From Marsupella aquatica (Eukaryota > Plantae > Marchantiophyta): DNA of 64,000 bases. The translations under genes were made by a program, and so were the position numbers. How positions within the stretch are numbered: position 1 is the stretch's first letter; every line of letters starts with the position of its first letter. The notes under the pieces are model-generated. The model was not told the DNA's origin. It did no database searches and saw only the letters and a program-made list of their open reading frames with translations. The stretch is taken from contig OZ316893.1 in NCBI GenBank assembly GCA_973895155.1, positions 372,001-436,000 on the forward strand, given 5' to 3'. Shown piece by piece: positions 25,553 through 39,131 of this stretch.

Positions 25553-26047
25553 ATGTCGATTCGAGAAGCGTTGTTGATGCTGGCAAGTGGATTCGTGAAA
25601 GTGTTGGTGCAGTTGCTCCGTGCACTGTTTATCGGCTGCAGTAACTTCGCGCAATGGATCCGGGAGCAAGGTGTAGAGATCCGGGTAGAGGAAGTTGCTA
25701 CTGAGGTGGGGTCACCGCAATTGTTGCATCCGGTGATGTCATCGATGAGCGATGTACTGCAACTGTCATCGAAGAGCGATGTAGTGCAGCGGCCAAGTGC
25801 CCCTCAAGCAAACATGGAAGCACTGATAAAGCAATGGCGATTTGGCGAAGTGATGGAGGAGCCTGGAATGTCCCGTCATCGATTTTATGCAGTTGCAGTG
25901 GGAAGAAGGCCAGGAATTTACACGACTTCAACAAAGGCGAACAATGAAGTGAGCGGATATCCAAGGAATTGCCATCAGAGTTTTCGGATGTTGGCAGAGG
26001 CAGAGTTCTTCCTGATGAGGAAAGGTGTAATGCTTAAGGAGGACTGA
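25553..26047 (+). CDS. Small protein with C-terminal RNase H1 hybrid-binding / caulimovirus viroplasmin (Cauli_VI-like) domain
   Basis: RFYAVAVGRRPGIYTTS..VSGYPRNCHQSFRMLAEAEFFL fits the fYaV..Gr.pGiy.tW..V.g....ksF....eA..fl pattern; first ATG at 25553. Confidence 0.75.
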   Translation: MSIREALLMLASGFVKVLVQLLRALFIGCSNFAQWIREQGVEIRVEEVATEVGSPQLLHPVMSSMSDVLQLSSKSDVVQRPSAPQANMEALIKQWRFGEVMEEPGMSRHRFYAVAVGRRPGIYTTSTKANNEVSGYPRNCHQSFRMLAEAEFFLMRKGVMLKED

Positions 26048-26113
26048 ACTAGGTTTTAGTAGCTATGGATTTTTTTAAGCCCCCTGCATGATCGGTGTTT
26101 TTCAAATTATCAT

Positions 26114-27140
26114 CTAGAGGCTCAGTAAGGATATCGGCAGGGTTTTTTTGTTTGTATTGATGTGTGGGACAATGATGTTTCCCCCTCTTACTCCCGAATA
26201 AAGTGGTGTTTGTTTACCGTCAAAGTGGTGATTGGCCAATTTGATTGAACCCTGGTTAGACAAAGAAGATGAATGTCGGGCAGTAGTTGGGGTGCACACG
26301 TGTTGCTAAATCCGAGTGAATAGGTGACTGAGTGGCTGTAGAACCAATGTCAGCAAGAAGTCGACAGATGTGAACTGCTTCTTTGACAATTTTGATGGAT
26401 GTGAACTGCTTCTTTGGCAGCCTCCGAGAGTGCTTTCTACTCAGGTTCAGTAGTACTATCGGAAAGAGTTGATTGTAATTTACTAGACCAGTACAGAATA
26501 TAGGGCCATTCGCGAGTCGAAGGAGATAGGCACCGTGAAAGCATCGAGTTTCAGTGCACCCAAGGAAGCCTGCATCGGTAAGTCCTTGAAGGGAGGTTGT
26601 TGAAAGAGCGAAGAAATGAGATGCCATGGTCGGAAGTTTGCATGTAGATATCGTAGAATATGTTGAACCGAATCCCAGTGAGTTTCTGAGGAGAGCTCAT
26701 GTACCGTACCCAATGATGGGTAATGCGTAAGACATGTCTGGTCTAGTGTGAGTGAGGAAGATATATATAAGCTTGCCAATTGCGTGACAATGATTATGTA
26801 GTCATATCAAAAGGAGCAGTGCGTGTTTCTGTAGTCAAGATATGTCATTCTTGTAGTGGATTTTTCAAGTGAGTCTCTGGATCACTACCAACAAATCAAT
26901 CAGAAGGTCATCGACATATAACATAAGAATGATAAGGTCACCATTTGAGTGAAAGAAATATAGGTGCATATAGATCTCGTCAGTTAGTGTCCCTCACCCA
27001 TGGAGGGTGGCGGTTACGACATCCATGTGATGTAAATCCCATCCATTTGATATATAATAACGTCTGGAATCCTAAAAGATCAATCACCTCCTTTGGCAGT
27101 TGATTCATCGACCCAATTCTACTAAGCATTTCATTGGAAA
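26114..27140 (-). pseudogene. Ty1/copia RT-RNase H relic
   Basis: Minus strand GWDLHHMDVVTA, DEIYM, YVDDLLI (~26900-26920), THWDSVQHILRYL, GLTDAGFLGC, KEAVHICRLLADIG. Confidence 0.85.
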
Positions 27141-28599
27141 GCGTACCATTCGTCGCTGTGAGGATGGTTCTATTATTCCGTTTGTTTGGTTTATTAGAGG
27201 GTGGTGCATTAGATGTGAAGACTGTCTGTGCTCATGAAGAAATCTCAGAATAGGAGCCCTGCCTCTCAGAGAATTCGGTCTTGGGCCGCGTTTATTATGC
27301 AGCGAGCCATGGGTCCTTTAGCGGTTGTACCGGGGCTCCTTTGCACTGTGGGGGAGTCCCCCTTACGGGTATGGAGTTTGTTGCGTTGGATTGTGTTAAC
27401 TGGCAGCTTTGGAAGGCTTCTTTCTCATTAGAAAGGGAACAGATTTGTGTCTAGGATTTTGGTATGAAAATGAATGCTAGGATTGAGCTCAGGATCTATA
27501 TGCACGGTTAGCGTGGCGTCACAGGCTTAACGGTCATATGCAGAATGGAGGAGAGGAGATTGATGGCAGGAGCTATTTGGGTGGATGGGACGTGATTTTT
27601 GGCTTCTCTGAATAATGATGGACCTTCGTCCGCGCGTTTAGGCTTTGTTATCCTTTGAATTCAATGTAGATTTTGATTTTGTTTCCTTTCCTGGGATTCT
27701 GGTGGTCGATGTACGTATTTTTGTTTGCAATTGGATTTTCCTTCATGTATTTCCGCTAATGGACAGTCGTTCAGTGCCTTTAATGCTGGTTCTCTTCTTC
27801 TTCTGTAGATTGAGTGTGCCCTCACTTTTGCTGTAGTATGATTTCTGGAGCCCTCTACTATAGTATGTCACTATCGGAAAAGACTAACAGTGAGTTGAGT
27901 GGGCTAGGCTAACAACAATAAAAATATGATGCTATTTCAGGGAATCCTTTCAACCTGCACATTTTGGTTCCTTAGTTGTGACGGGGGACTCCTTGCCTTC
28001 TTTGGCCTCTTGGGAGTTTTGGCTCTTCTTGGGGCCCTCCCCTCTTCTGTTTCTTTCCCTTTATTTGGGTTGCTTTGCTCGTTGGACCCAGTCTCCCGGT
28101 TTGTGCTTTTTGGCACTCTGATACAACTACGTAGCCCGATTACCCGGTCCGTCATAGTAAACAGATATTAAGAAAAAGAATCTTGCACAATCCTGATTTT
28201 TTATCCACCCCCATTTCAGTTAGAGACTTCCGTAAATCTGAAAAATCTGCGAACATTCCACGTCTTCCCATAAATATCCAGCCATTACATATTTTGAATG
28301 TAGCGATCAACATGTTGTGTGTGAAGAAGACTCGTGCGAAGGCTTGTGTAGTCTGTGATAATAAACTTTCATACCGTTACATGTTTTGAATTCAAGCATC
28401 GTTCCATCCAGATTCATTTTGTGTGCGAATACTCGTGTCGTCCCTTAACTCAAAAAGAACTTTCTTACCATTCGATGTTTCGAATCCAACCACCTATATT
28501 GCTTTTCTGTGTGAAGGCTCGTGTGACGACTCGGGTGAAGAAATAATGGCACAAGTTCTTGACACAAACAACTCATTCTACCCAACTTATTAACTTAAC

Positions 28600-28830
28600 C
28601 TATACAGGCTTGGATTTGACATAAGTAGGTTATGCCCTTTATGGTGCCTAATGAGTAAGAATAACTTGGATAGTACTAGTTTGGCTTTGAAAAAAATAGC
28701 AACATTGAAGCATCCATATCCATAAAGTCTTGTTGTGTACAGGTTGGGTATAAAGTGGATTTTATAAATAAGTGGTTTTACAAAATTTGCCACTAAAAAA
28801 TAAGCAGCTTGGTAAGAAACATATAAAGCG
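28600..28830 (+). pseudogene. Very decayed copia RNase H C-terminal relic
   Basis: YRLGFDISRLCPLWC and a downstream FTK-like segment loosely resemble the copia RNase H end. Confidence 0.35.
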
Positions 28831-29047
28831 TTCTCTCAACGCTCATGAAGGGCACCATACAAGTAAATTGGGAAAGAATATTAGAAATATACCTAGGGGT
28901 CAAAGATGGAGTGAATAAGCTCGGATTTTGTCATGGTAAGCTTACATTGAGGTTTGATGCAAGGATTATTAAGATGTTATGAAAATATTGTTTTGAATTC
29001 GTATTTAATTATGCTAGATTATTGTAATGTAAAATCTAGAGTATAAG

Positions 29048-29352
29048 TTACAATACCCTAACGATACTCAAACCCTTGCATATGTGTGTACCAATTGCAA
29101 TAACTTATGACCTGATATAGATTTTTTGAGTGTTACAACTGGGGTCAAATAGTACACCGAACCTTGTAGATGTGTGTACCAGAATGCCTTAACTTGTAAC
29201 CTTATATTGATTTTAGAGTTACAACTGGGGTCAATCAGTACACTGACTGACTCTTGCAGATGTGTGTACTATAGTGCCTTAACTTGTAACTTTATTAATT
29301 TTGAGCTTATAGTTGGTGTTAAATAGTATATTAAAGTGTATTGCCTTAACTT
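29048..29352 (+). repeat. ~86-bp tandem repeat, ~3.5 diverged copies
   Basis: GTTACAACTGGGGTCAA..GATGTGTGTAC..TGCCTTAACTTGTAAC recurs near 29132 and 29218, with degenerate flanking copies. Confidence 0.85.
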
Positions 29353-29604
29353 GAATAATGTGATGAATAATTATAGTATACGATTGATAATGAAATTAAG
29401 TGAATATGGTTAGGTACAAACAACTAACTTCTTAATTTTTGGAATCCAACAAAGGGCAAATTTCACTTTCTTAATATGTAATGTGCTTAGATAACCGTAT
29501 CAGTATGAAACAAAATTATAAAAGACGTACTCAACTACCCGTACCAAGAGCATTGCTGAAACTGAAGAAATCTCTGATTATTCAATCATATAAAAAGCTT
29601 CAAG

Positions 29605-30087
29605 TGTTGTGGTAAATTCTTGGGGGCCACAATCCGAGGGGTGTCCCATATCACGCGCGAAGTTTTGGGCGAATTACCCCTAACTTAAATTTTTTACCCC
29701 AAACCCTAAACCCTATGATTCTTAGAATTCTGAATATTGGATTAAAATAACTCTAATGTTCTGGAACAAAAATTTAAAAGTATTTCACCCCGTATTTCAC
29801 TAAACGCAATAAAAAATCCTTCTACATTCGCGCTTGATGGGTAGGAAGAAAATAAGTGAGGGTTCTCGGGTACAATGCTATATTTAAACCTTTTTGATCA
29901 TTTGTTTTAAAATAAACAATATTATGGACACTTGGTATAGCCGACGGGCTTAGAGTTTAGTAAAGCTCTCTTGTGTGTTGCCGTGGACGTAGCCTCGAGG
30001 AGGTGAACCATGTATCTCTTTGTGTCGACTACTTGCGCATTGGATGTGTCATGTGCTTACCGTTACGAGTGTCGTCTATGCTCAACA
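29605..30087 (+). mobile_element. Probable copia-type solo LTR
   Basis: TGTTG...CAACA ends, TATA-like CTATATTTAAA, and copia-LTR-like CCGTGGACGTAG..GGTGAACCATGTA; no matching TSD. Confidence 0.5.
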
Positions 30088-30449
30088 AAAATTAGATTTT
30101 AAAGCATAGAATAGACTGCATGCTTTGATTTAGCTTTATAAGAGAACGCTAATTGAATGGGGAAAAGAGAGAGAATCCTCGATGAAATTGGGGTTGTTTC
30201 TTATTGAAGCCAACATTTGTCTGGCAACTCACTCACACAAAATTGCTCATGTCAAGAATTACATTTGGAGAAAAGAAAACCAAATGTTTCTCCTCTCATG
30301 AAGGTGGTCTATATTAAGGTAGTCTCTTTTGAACATGATTATTATGACTCTACACTTATGGGTTTTTTCCTGGTTTCCATTTGCCATTAAAATTGATGAG
30401 AATTCTTTGTCAAGGGAAAAGATGTGTCCAAAAATTATGTGAGTCTACT

Positions 30450-30850
30450 TAGATTCTCTTAATAGACCCACCTACCCATTATAGCCATATGTCAACTCAC
30501 CTTGAATTTTTCCAGTCACCTTGATTTTAGAATTCCTTTATGGATGTTAGTGCCATAGTCTAGGTGTGGGTGGAAGCGCATCCATGTCCCAAGCTACGGG
30601 AGAGTCTTTATTCTTCCTTGCACCCAGTCTCATGGACATGAATATTTAGGCCTTAAATCCAAGGGTCATAATGAGTTCCCTCCAAAACTGCATTTTGTAA
30701 GCAGACGATAAGTCAAAAAGGGCGGGATAGTATATTATAGTGAGTAGATTTGTAATCAGTATGACTCTTCTTATGACACCGATGATCATGTGGGTACTTG
30801 ATATAATGATATCTATGTCTAGGCATGGAGAGGAGTATTTCTTATGCATG
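30450..30850 (-). pseudogene. Possible LINE RT relic
   Basis: LFDLSSAYKMQFWRELIMTLGF resembles lD..kAyD.v.W..l..lGf, followed by GVQG; highly decayed. Confidence 0.3.
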
Positions 30851-33800
30851 GATTACTTCCTAGGGATGGATGGTATTATGCATAGATGGTTTAGGAAGTA
30901 CTTCATTACTCTTCATTTCTTACTTGGAAAACGTGTCACCCTTTCCCTCACACTAAATATAATTCTATTTATGTTTATTCCTTCCTTCTATTTGGTCCAT
31001 TCATTACTTTTTGGACACTGCAAATTCAAAAGGCGAAAAGGCGGAACATTGTATTATAGTTCTTGATGATTGATGATTTGAATTGGTTACAGGAGTTGGG
31101 TTTGCGAGTGGAGGAGTTTGTTGAGGGCAAATGAACGATTGCATTGTGACAATTAAGTAGAGGGTTGGCGCCTGGGCGTCTTTAAGGTTGAGAATTTGGG
31201 GTGGATGATCCTTTGAAGCCTTTACAGTGTCATTGTCGCTTCATTTGTTTGGTGTTGTTCTCTTCAGGAGCAGAGGCGGGTTTGAGGAGCTGGCCGTAGT
31301 GGACAATCTTGTGGTAGGCATTCAAGCGGCTCTCCATCCGGCACCAGCATTGGAAGCTATGAGGCTGCACCGAAGCTTGGACAATTTAGGTGAATGATGG
31401 AAGGACGTCGTGATGAAGCGCAAGGTAGGATCAGGGTGTGCGGCTCCGGGGCCAGCGAAGATTGCTCGATCCGCTGAGTCCAGTGTCTGAAACTCATTTT
31501 GCTATGAACTCATTATTTAACCACCCCGTCGATCCTGCATGACGCTCGCCCGAAAAGCCTGTGGCTCCCTGCATGTTATACTACTTAAGTAGGATAGGAA
31601 GGTTTGTGAGCTGGAGGGGTGTTTTGCAGCCCAACATTTACGGGAGGGTTTGGTTTTTAAGAAACATTTGCCTCACTACTATATATGGACTTTACTGTCA
31701 TGTAAGGATGGGCCTGGCAAATTTCTGCCTATAAATTCCATACCAACATCTTATTGCTAATCTGAGCACTGTACCCGAGTTGGATTAAGATAGAGAGATG
31801 GATATATGATTTGCACGGTTGGGGTGTGGGGGGGGGGCGGGGCGGAGGGCCCGATTGGGGGGTTTAGGGTGATGGGAAGGTGTGGTGCTGTTGTAACTTG
31901 GGTCGAAATTAGGACCTTGACCTTGTGTGTTTACAACGGAAGCCTAAAATGAACACATTCCCCCGGTAAATGCCAAAACTTTTGCAATGGCCAAGTGCAA
32001 GTTTTGAAATTGCGAATGGTCTGCAAAGAAAACGCTCAAATGCTCGGCAAACTGTACTCTTTCTTGAGATCAAAAGTCGTAGCCCTCTGTGAACCGCCTG
32101 ACCACGACGACGACCATTCCACAGCGACCACACGCAACTTTTAATGTAGAAAACAACCTATTGTTGTAGGCATTTGTGATGAGATTAGCTCCGTGAGGGT
32201 TTCATTCCAGGAGCCGGGTTCCCAGGTTCCTACTAAACCCTCATGTTCAGTTCGTGCGAATTTTCACTGAACGAGTGTACTTGGCCTGTAGACTTCATCT
32301 GCCGGAGATTTGACCTCCAGACCTTTCACATCACGCGAGCCGGTAATTGGGCTATCATGGACAGCCCTGATTTTGAGAACGGCTTGATGAGATCAATTTC
32401 CCAATGTACACGCTCATATCTCGCTGGCCCTAAACTGAATGATTCTTTCTACTGTAGCTCGATCTCTTGTACGTACGTGGATGAATGTCTGCGGTATGGT
32501 TGTTCAGCCCCTTGTAGTCTCTTTCAAATGTCACTCACAAACAGGATGCAGACAGAGTTTGTGGATAACGGAGGAGGTCACTCCCCCCCCTTTTGCTTTG
32601 ATCCGCTCCCTGTTTTCCCGTTTATTTTTCTCCCCTTCTTTTGCTCCTGATTTCATCATTGCCTCAAATTCGCAAATGACCTACTGACTAAATCTCCTTT
32701 ATTGTGCTTGTCATCAAATTTGCAAGGGGATTGATTGATGTTGAGGGCCGGAAAACGATGCCACTTAGCCAGGTGTGTGGATGGTTTGAACCGTCTATAG
32801 TATGGATCTTGGCTTGACCCTGGCGGAGTCATTTTAGAACTCGTCGAGAAATGAGGTCAGTTCCGGCTTACCGCTTTTTTGTCGGGACAGGGTGGGCTAT
32901 CTTTGACATTCCGGAAGAAGCCCCGCCCACTTTCATCCGGCCAAGATATAGGTCACGCCTATCGTGACGAGGCTTGATTCGAAGGAGATGTGAACAAAGC
33001 TAAGATACTCCGGAGGTATCGATGACAAAGATGAATGGAACCAGCAAAGGCGGTTGTTGGAGTGTAGGAGAAGAAGAACATTCAGAAGCAGTGCCATGGC
33101 GTTTAGGGAAGAGGATACCGCGGACAACCTGAGAAGTACAAATTTGGAGATTGATTGACCTACCTGGAGACTCGGAAGACAATAGCTCTGAAGCAGTCTG
33201 TATCAGAGACGTTTTCATACGGTTGAGGGGCAGGCGTTTAGGGTACCCCTCAAAACCAAAGGCGGATGATCCAGTTGCCTTCGGACTCAGGGGAAGGTGG
33301 TTCGGAAGTGGGAATGGAAACCTTTAATTTTTCATCAGTAGGAGGAAACGGAGACCAAACTGCCCCGAAACAGTATGTACAGAGAGAGTAACTTTCACCG
33401 AGCGACCTCTTCCCTTGTTTGGGTTGTTGAGTGACTGGAGGTATGAGCCGAACATGGCAAAAACTTTGACCCGCATCATAGCAGCATAAGCCCAGGAGTG
33501 TAAGAGGACAAACAATGAGGGAGTTGGAATGAGAAGGGAGGCTGGTACAGGAAATTGCTTGTCTGGGTAAGGTAGGATGGAGCAAAGTAAGAGGTACAGA
33601 AGTGGTAAAAAATATTTAGGGTTTAGGGTGCAAAACTTTCAAATTTGCAAGGGAGAAATAGAGGGGTTTGAGAGAGGAGAGGCAATGGGCGTTATGTAAT
33701 TATAGCATCAAAGGATGTACACGGTATGGTCAATGAAGACGACCCAAGTAGTAGAAGAAGTAGCTAGGGAGCTGAGTGTTGAAATGCGGAATGAAAATGA

Positions 33801-35292
33801 AGATTGAATTGCGACGAACGCGCATTTTAGGCGAGGGGGAAAAGCAGCAGATTTGTGTCTAGCCAAGCTACATATTCCAAACGTTATCCCACAAAGATCA
33901 TGGTATGTCGACCCAACCCCGAAACCCTATGAGAAAACACAGCAGTGCAATAATTTGGGATGTGAGCGGACTACGCCGTGACTGGGGTAGATTATATACA
34001 CTACGCCCGTGAGTGGGTTTATGGTATACACACATGTTGCTATAGAGGACCGGTCCCAATGTTAGACTTGCCTGTTCGTGGTATGCATCTGGGTATACTC
34101 AGGTTGTTCCGGTTTTGGTGACAGGTTGGATGTGTCGAAACGTACCGCCGGACGCTTGAAGGCACTTGCAGTTTAAAGAGTTGAGCCTCGTAGACAATCA
34201 AACGATGGAAGATGTACAATAGGGGTGTAAGTCGTAAGCTGTACCAAACTCCATGACTTGAATGTTGAATTAACCAATTCGTGTTGTGAAGGGATTTGCA
34301 TGAATAATTGTTGGAGAGTGAGTGGTGGGATTGTTTTTTTAATGGTGCGTGCGAAATGCTTGTAGTGAATGGCTAAAATCGAGTAGATCATGGGCTGCTT
34401 ATGGGCTGCTTTGTAGACAAGGTCACCTCATACAGGCAACACATACAAAAGACATTTAGTGTTATTTTTCCTGTTCATACCTGCCCCACTCTTAAATTAG
34501 GATTTACCAACATTAATTTCGAGATGAGACCAATTAGTGGTGGTGTAGAGTAAGAAACCTCCGGGCTTGTTGTCAATCGATTCTTTAGCAGGAGAAAAGC
34601 GCGGCTTCAGGGTTTATACATTCGGATAGAATATTTCTTGGACAGTGCAGGGGGGGAAGACGCAACTTAATTTTAGCATTCTCCAATTTTAATTCTGCAA
34701 TAGGCCCGATGAGTTGTTTGTGTGGAATTGCATATCTGGTTCTTCGTTGGTTCAGAATTCTGTGACGCGATGTAAAAGAATTTCACTATAAATTCGCTTA
34801 CTGGTAATTAGCATTGACATGTAACGGTCACTTTATTGAAGGCAAATTGGGAATGAATGTTGAGGGAGGAATAAATTTTGTTCTGAACTAATGTAACGAG
34901 GTCATTATATTGAAGTTGAATCCTCTGCTCGTGCTTGTAGGATTTCAAAAACAACACAATTCGAGCGGGAACACGATTATTGCAGGCCATTACTGCTTTC
35001 TATGGAGCACCGCTTGGTTGTGTATTAGTGTCACGGCACTTCTGATATGGCATATTGGAAGATACCACCCAATCCCCAATTCTAAATCGTCAGCAGTAGC
35101 ACCTGGCTGTTGAATTATTTATCATCGCGGATGAGTACTCCCCTCCTTTGGATATTCAACAGTCGCAAGACATCCCTAAGTCGTCACCTGTGTTGAGTTG
35201 TGGCGTGGTGCGGCGTGGGTGTTTCGATTCAATACCTGCATCATTAGGGCAATTGACACTCAGTTTTGCATCTGGGAATGGAGGGTCCATAC

Positions 35293-37335
35293 TCACTCGG
35301 ATGCCACACTATTGAATCTCGGAGCGTATTTGAATGTTCTTTGTTTATCCTGAAAGAAAGCTGTGTCTGACCATACATACAAACATTGGTAATGTAAACC
35401 TCGGCCGCATAGGGAAGTCATGCCATGATCGTGTATCCAATTTTGGTGGGCGCTGCTGATTCCCCCTCCCTCTCTGCTTTGCAAGAGGCGGGTGGACAAT
35501 ATAGCCCCGGAAACTGAAAAAGTCACATCAGTTACGCCATGTCTACAGTGGTTGTTTTTAGGGTTCAGTTTTATGGTAATTGAATTGATGATGCATACAG
35601 GTCTCACCTGATCCAAACGGTAACGGAGATTGGTCTCATTTGCCAGTCGAAGTTGTTGATTTTCCTGCCCCATATGTTGTATTAGCTTGGCAGCTTTTTC
35701 GGTTTCTTCTTGAAACAGGGCCATCTTTACTCGATAAGCTGCTCTTGAAAATGGATTTAATGTGGACAAGTCAAATCCAGCAATGTTGTGCAGTGCCTCG
35801 TGAAGATAAAATTCCATGGCTTTTTCCCTTTCCTTCGAAGCTTCTATGATTAAGGACTCCTTAGCCTCAAATTTGGGATTCCCTGCCTCTTGCAAACGTC
35901 GGGTGAGGTCGTCAAGGAGTTGTAAATCCATTTCGAGCTGCTTCTTCAGTCCCTGTACTTCTTCTTCTACTTTTTGGCATTGGCTCCGTTCGTCCTGTAT
36001 CTCTCGCTGGAGCCTAGCATTTTCCTCTTTCAGTACGTCTAGTTGCTTACATATTCTAGGCTCACACGGCCCCAATTTGTCTGACCTCTGTTCCAAAGCC
36101 GTGCCGTCGATTGTCAAGCTCTGTACCATTCCCTTGTGTAATAATGTATCTTCGGATAATTTGTGCAATGACCCTGTGGCGTCCTGATGAAATCCCATGT
36201 TCCGGCTGGGGCTCTCTGCAAACTCTGTTGCCTTGTTTACCGAAGTGACGGCTACCCTCTGTTCGAAACCTTTCAATCGAGATGCATCTACTGATTCCAG
36301 TTTCTGTACATGCACGTCCAACCATCCGTCCTCTGAACCGCCTTCCACCGTGGAGGATTGCAAGGCGTGGTTGCTCGCCCTGAAGTTGTGCAAAATGTAT
36401 GCTCCCAGTAGAGTGGCTTCTTCTCCACAATCTTCTTCACCTTCTGAACTGTCAGCGCGTGCTTCTTCCTGTTCTGGATTAGCTGCAGTCCCATGTTGTA
36501 AGGTGGATTCACTGGTTCCCCGGTTTTCCCCGACCGCATGACTGTAAGCAACGTTTTGCCGGTGACTCCTATGCCATTGGCGATTTTGCGGTGCAACATC
36601 AGGGATGGCGGTGGCATCCCTGATCGGGTTCACCAATCTTTTGTTTAGCACCCAACAAATGATGTAAGCAAGAAGTGAGGGATAAGGCGAAACCAATTTG
36701 GACCCGAGTTTTTGAAGCAACTCCGCCTTCCACACTTGCAATGGGTGGAGCTCGCCTTGGAGCACTCGAGCGGCGATCGTGATATGGTCAATGGTCCCAT
36801 GATGGTAACCAGATTTTATCATCACCCATTTGGTGAAAAACTCTATATACTTGCAGACCTCCAGATTTGTCACCGTCCCGTATTGGATCTTCCCGACACG
36901 GATCGAGGATCTCAAGTCACGGTCTGACCTCAAAAAGCCGATAATCTGCCATGGAGTGTAAGGTGTGCACTTCACTCTTGTCGGGAGCTGCGATGGAACT
37001 AAACCTAGAATCCCAAACATGTTGGCCAATTCTTGGTTGAGCACCCTAATAAGCGGTGTCCTATCGTACTCGATGCATAGTGACGCCGCATCGCCATAGA
37101 CTGATCGTCTATTCCGATGATAATATGCAGCCTCTGCCAAGGTCAGATCGCAACCCATTCGGACCATACACAGGCATTTGGCATGCCGAAAGATGCTCTC
37201 AAATTGAGTAATGTAAGTTGTGTCCGTTCGCGAGTTCCGAATGTTGGCCTCTGCCGCTATTGTAACGGTTTTTGAGCCATCGATAAATGCAGTGTTTTGA
37301 GTAGTCTCCGCGCAAGACCTCTTTCTGCTCGACAT
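35293..37335 (-). CDS. Uninterrupted ~680-aa protein: globular domain, acidic linker, coiled coil; 3' end may be spliced
   Basis: Open frame from ATG 37335; clear paralog at 19926-22116; possible donor at 35607 and acceptor at 35514. Confidence 0.75.
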   Translation of the reverse strand: MSSRKRSCAETTQNTAFIDGSKTVTIAAEANIRNSRTDTTYITQFESIFRHAKCLCMVRMGCDLTLAEAAYYHRNRRSVYGDAASLCIEYDRTPLIRVLNQELANMFGILGLVPSQLPTRVKCTPYTPWQIIGFLRSDRDLRSSIRVGKIQYGTVTNLEVCKYIEFFTKWVMIKSGYHHGTIDHITIAARVLQGELHPLQVWKAELLQKLGSKLVSPYPSLLAYIICWVLNKRLVNPIRDATAIPDVAPQNRQWHRSHRQNVAYSHAVGENRGTSESTLQHGTAANPEQEEARADSSEGEEDCGEEATLLGAYILHNFRASNHALQSSTVEGGSEDGWLDVHVQKLESVDASRLKGFEQRVAVTSVNKATEFAESPSRNMGFHQDATGSLHKLSEDTLLHKGMVQSLTIDGTALEQRSDKLGPCEPRICKQLDVLKEENARLQREIQDERSQCQKVEEEVQGLKKQLEMDLQLLDDLTRRLQEAGNPKFEAKESLIIEASKEREKAMEFYLHEALHNIAGFDLSTLNPFSRAAYRVKMALFQEETEKAAKLIQHMGQENQQLRLANETNLRYRLDQVRPVCIINSITIKLNPKNNHCRHGVTDVTFSVSGAILSTRLLQSREGGGISSAHQNWIHDHGMTSLCGRGLHYQCLYVWSDTAFFQDKQRTFKYAPRFNSVASE

Positions 37336-39131
37336 GATACGAACGGAAGGACACCTTTGCAAAACCACAGTTAATTTCTGAAACTCGTATCGTTCGTTCG
37401 GGTGCCGGAACGATTTTGGCGAATTGCTCGAATCACTTTTTATCCAACTATGGTTTGCCCCATTATTGTGTCGCTGGTCTCGAGGTGGCGGACGTTTTCA
37501 GGGCTGACTTCCGCTGAAGCCGGACATCGCGTGCGGCAAATTAGAGGGTCATATTTGAAAGCAATGTGTGTTTTAAGTTTTTTTGTATTTCTTCCAAGAC
37601 TTATGAGAGAAGCTTTGATCTGACACTATTTGTGAGATTTTAGGGTGTACATTACCGTTGTCCTCTAGATACACTCGGCTGGTTACGGTGACGTTCCTCA
37701 TATTTACGAGAGGGCCAAGCATTCCCAAAATTGGGTTTCGGTCAAACAAAATGAGATGTATCATTATCATCATTGACTTTATGGTTGGTTGGTTGAAGAG
37801 ACTCTTCAGCCCCAATTGAATGTTCAACAGAGGTCCCCTTGTTTATCATGCTTGGGGAAATGGACGGAAGGTTGCCACGGTGTGTGGTCACAATGAATAT
37901 ATGTCATTGTTTTGATGGTTCGTTTAGGGTTCGAGAGGTGGCCAAATTGAAACTGGGTCTTCAATGGCCAATTTGGTAGCTCTGGACCGTGGATGGAACA
38001 GAGTGAGTTCAGGTTCGTTCGATTGGTATCCATCTGTAGTGCCGAGCTGACTACACAAAACTGGTCACAACACAACAGTACTTAACCAGCTGAGACTCGA
38101 GCTAACTTTGGCCGCAAGTTATTTCACTTACCACATCGGTGAATGAATTCAGTTACCTTCTGAAGCAGTTTCACTGCTAGTTACGGCCTCTGCTGACTCA
38201 ACGGAACCCAATCCGGTGTATTCTTGTCGTCGGGTTTGGAATGGCTATAAGACGTCCGATGAGAAGGCTTTGCATTGGACAATACACAGGCTTATTGCAG
38301 TTCCGCTATCATACATAGATTGTAAAAACTAACTCGGTAGTCGGGAAAAGCACGCCCTACAAGCCAACTCCCTCCATTCTTTCCTAAACCGTAAAGCCTA
38401 AATCCTAAAGCTTTACAGTGTAGCACATATTGCGCCAATGCTACCTACTACAAAACCAATCTATCAAAAATAGAGCCCGCTGTACTCTGTGGTCGTGCTC
38501 ATACATAGCTGGTTTGAAAGGAAGAATTTTTGGAATATATACATCAAAATTTAATGATAAACATCTATTTGAATGTCTCTAAATGTCAATTGTGTATACT
38601 CTGAAAATCAACTTACACCTGAGCTTCAGAATAGCATAGCGAAGTATCGAGTGAATTTTGAAGGGAGTCAAGTTGGCCTTGACATTGATGCTACTGTTGA
38701 AGTGGCTCCTGATGTTGGTGAAGCAGGTGAAGAGCCAGCTCAACCCACTTCTCTTGGGGCTTTATGCCGTCTCAAGGATGAGACATAAGGGACAGGTTAT
38801 AATAGAGTAAAATGATGTTAGTTTGTAGCTTATGTGAGTTAACATGTGTTATTTGTAGTTGATAGAAGTGAATCAAACAACTCTTGTTTGTTCACTGTGG
38901 TTGAATACCCCAACTACAATTTTGTGTTATGTGAGAAGAAATTATAAAATTTTGAAGTTTGCTCAATGTTTGAGTAATATATGAAAGGAATTATAAGTTT
39001 CTGAAGTTTTCTCAATGTTTGAGTAGTAAATTTTGTAAAGTGCAATTAAATATTGTGCATAGTTTTAAATCTTTTATAACAAAATTTTGAATAGAATAGA
39101 ATTGTCCATTCTATTTTTTAACTTAAGTGTA

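Noticed and set aside
29690-33640. Scattered AAACCCTA/TTTAGGG motifs as interstitial telomere
   Set aside because: Only one or two units at a time; common telo-box-like background
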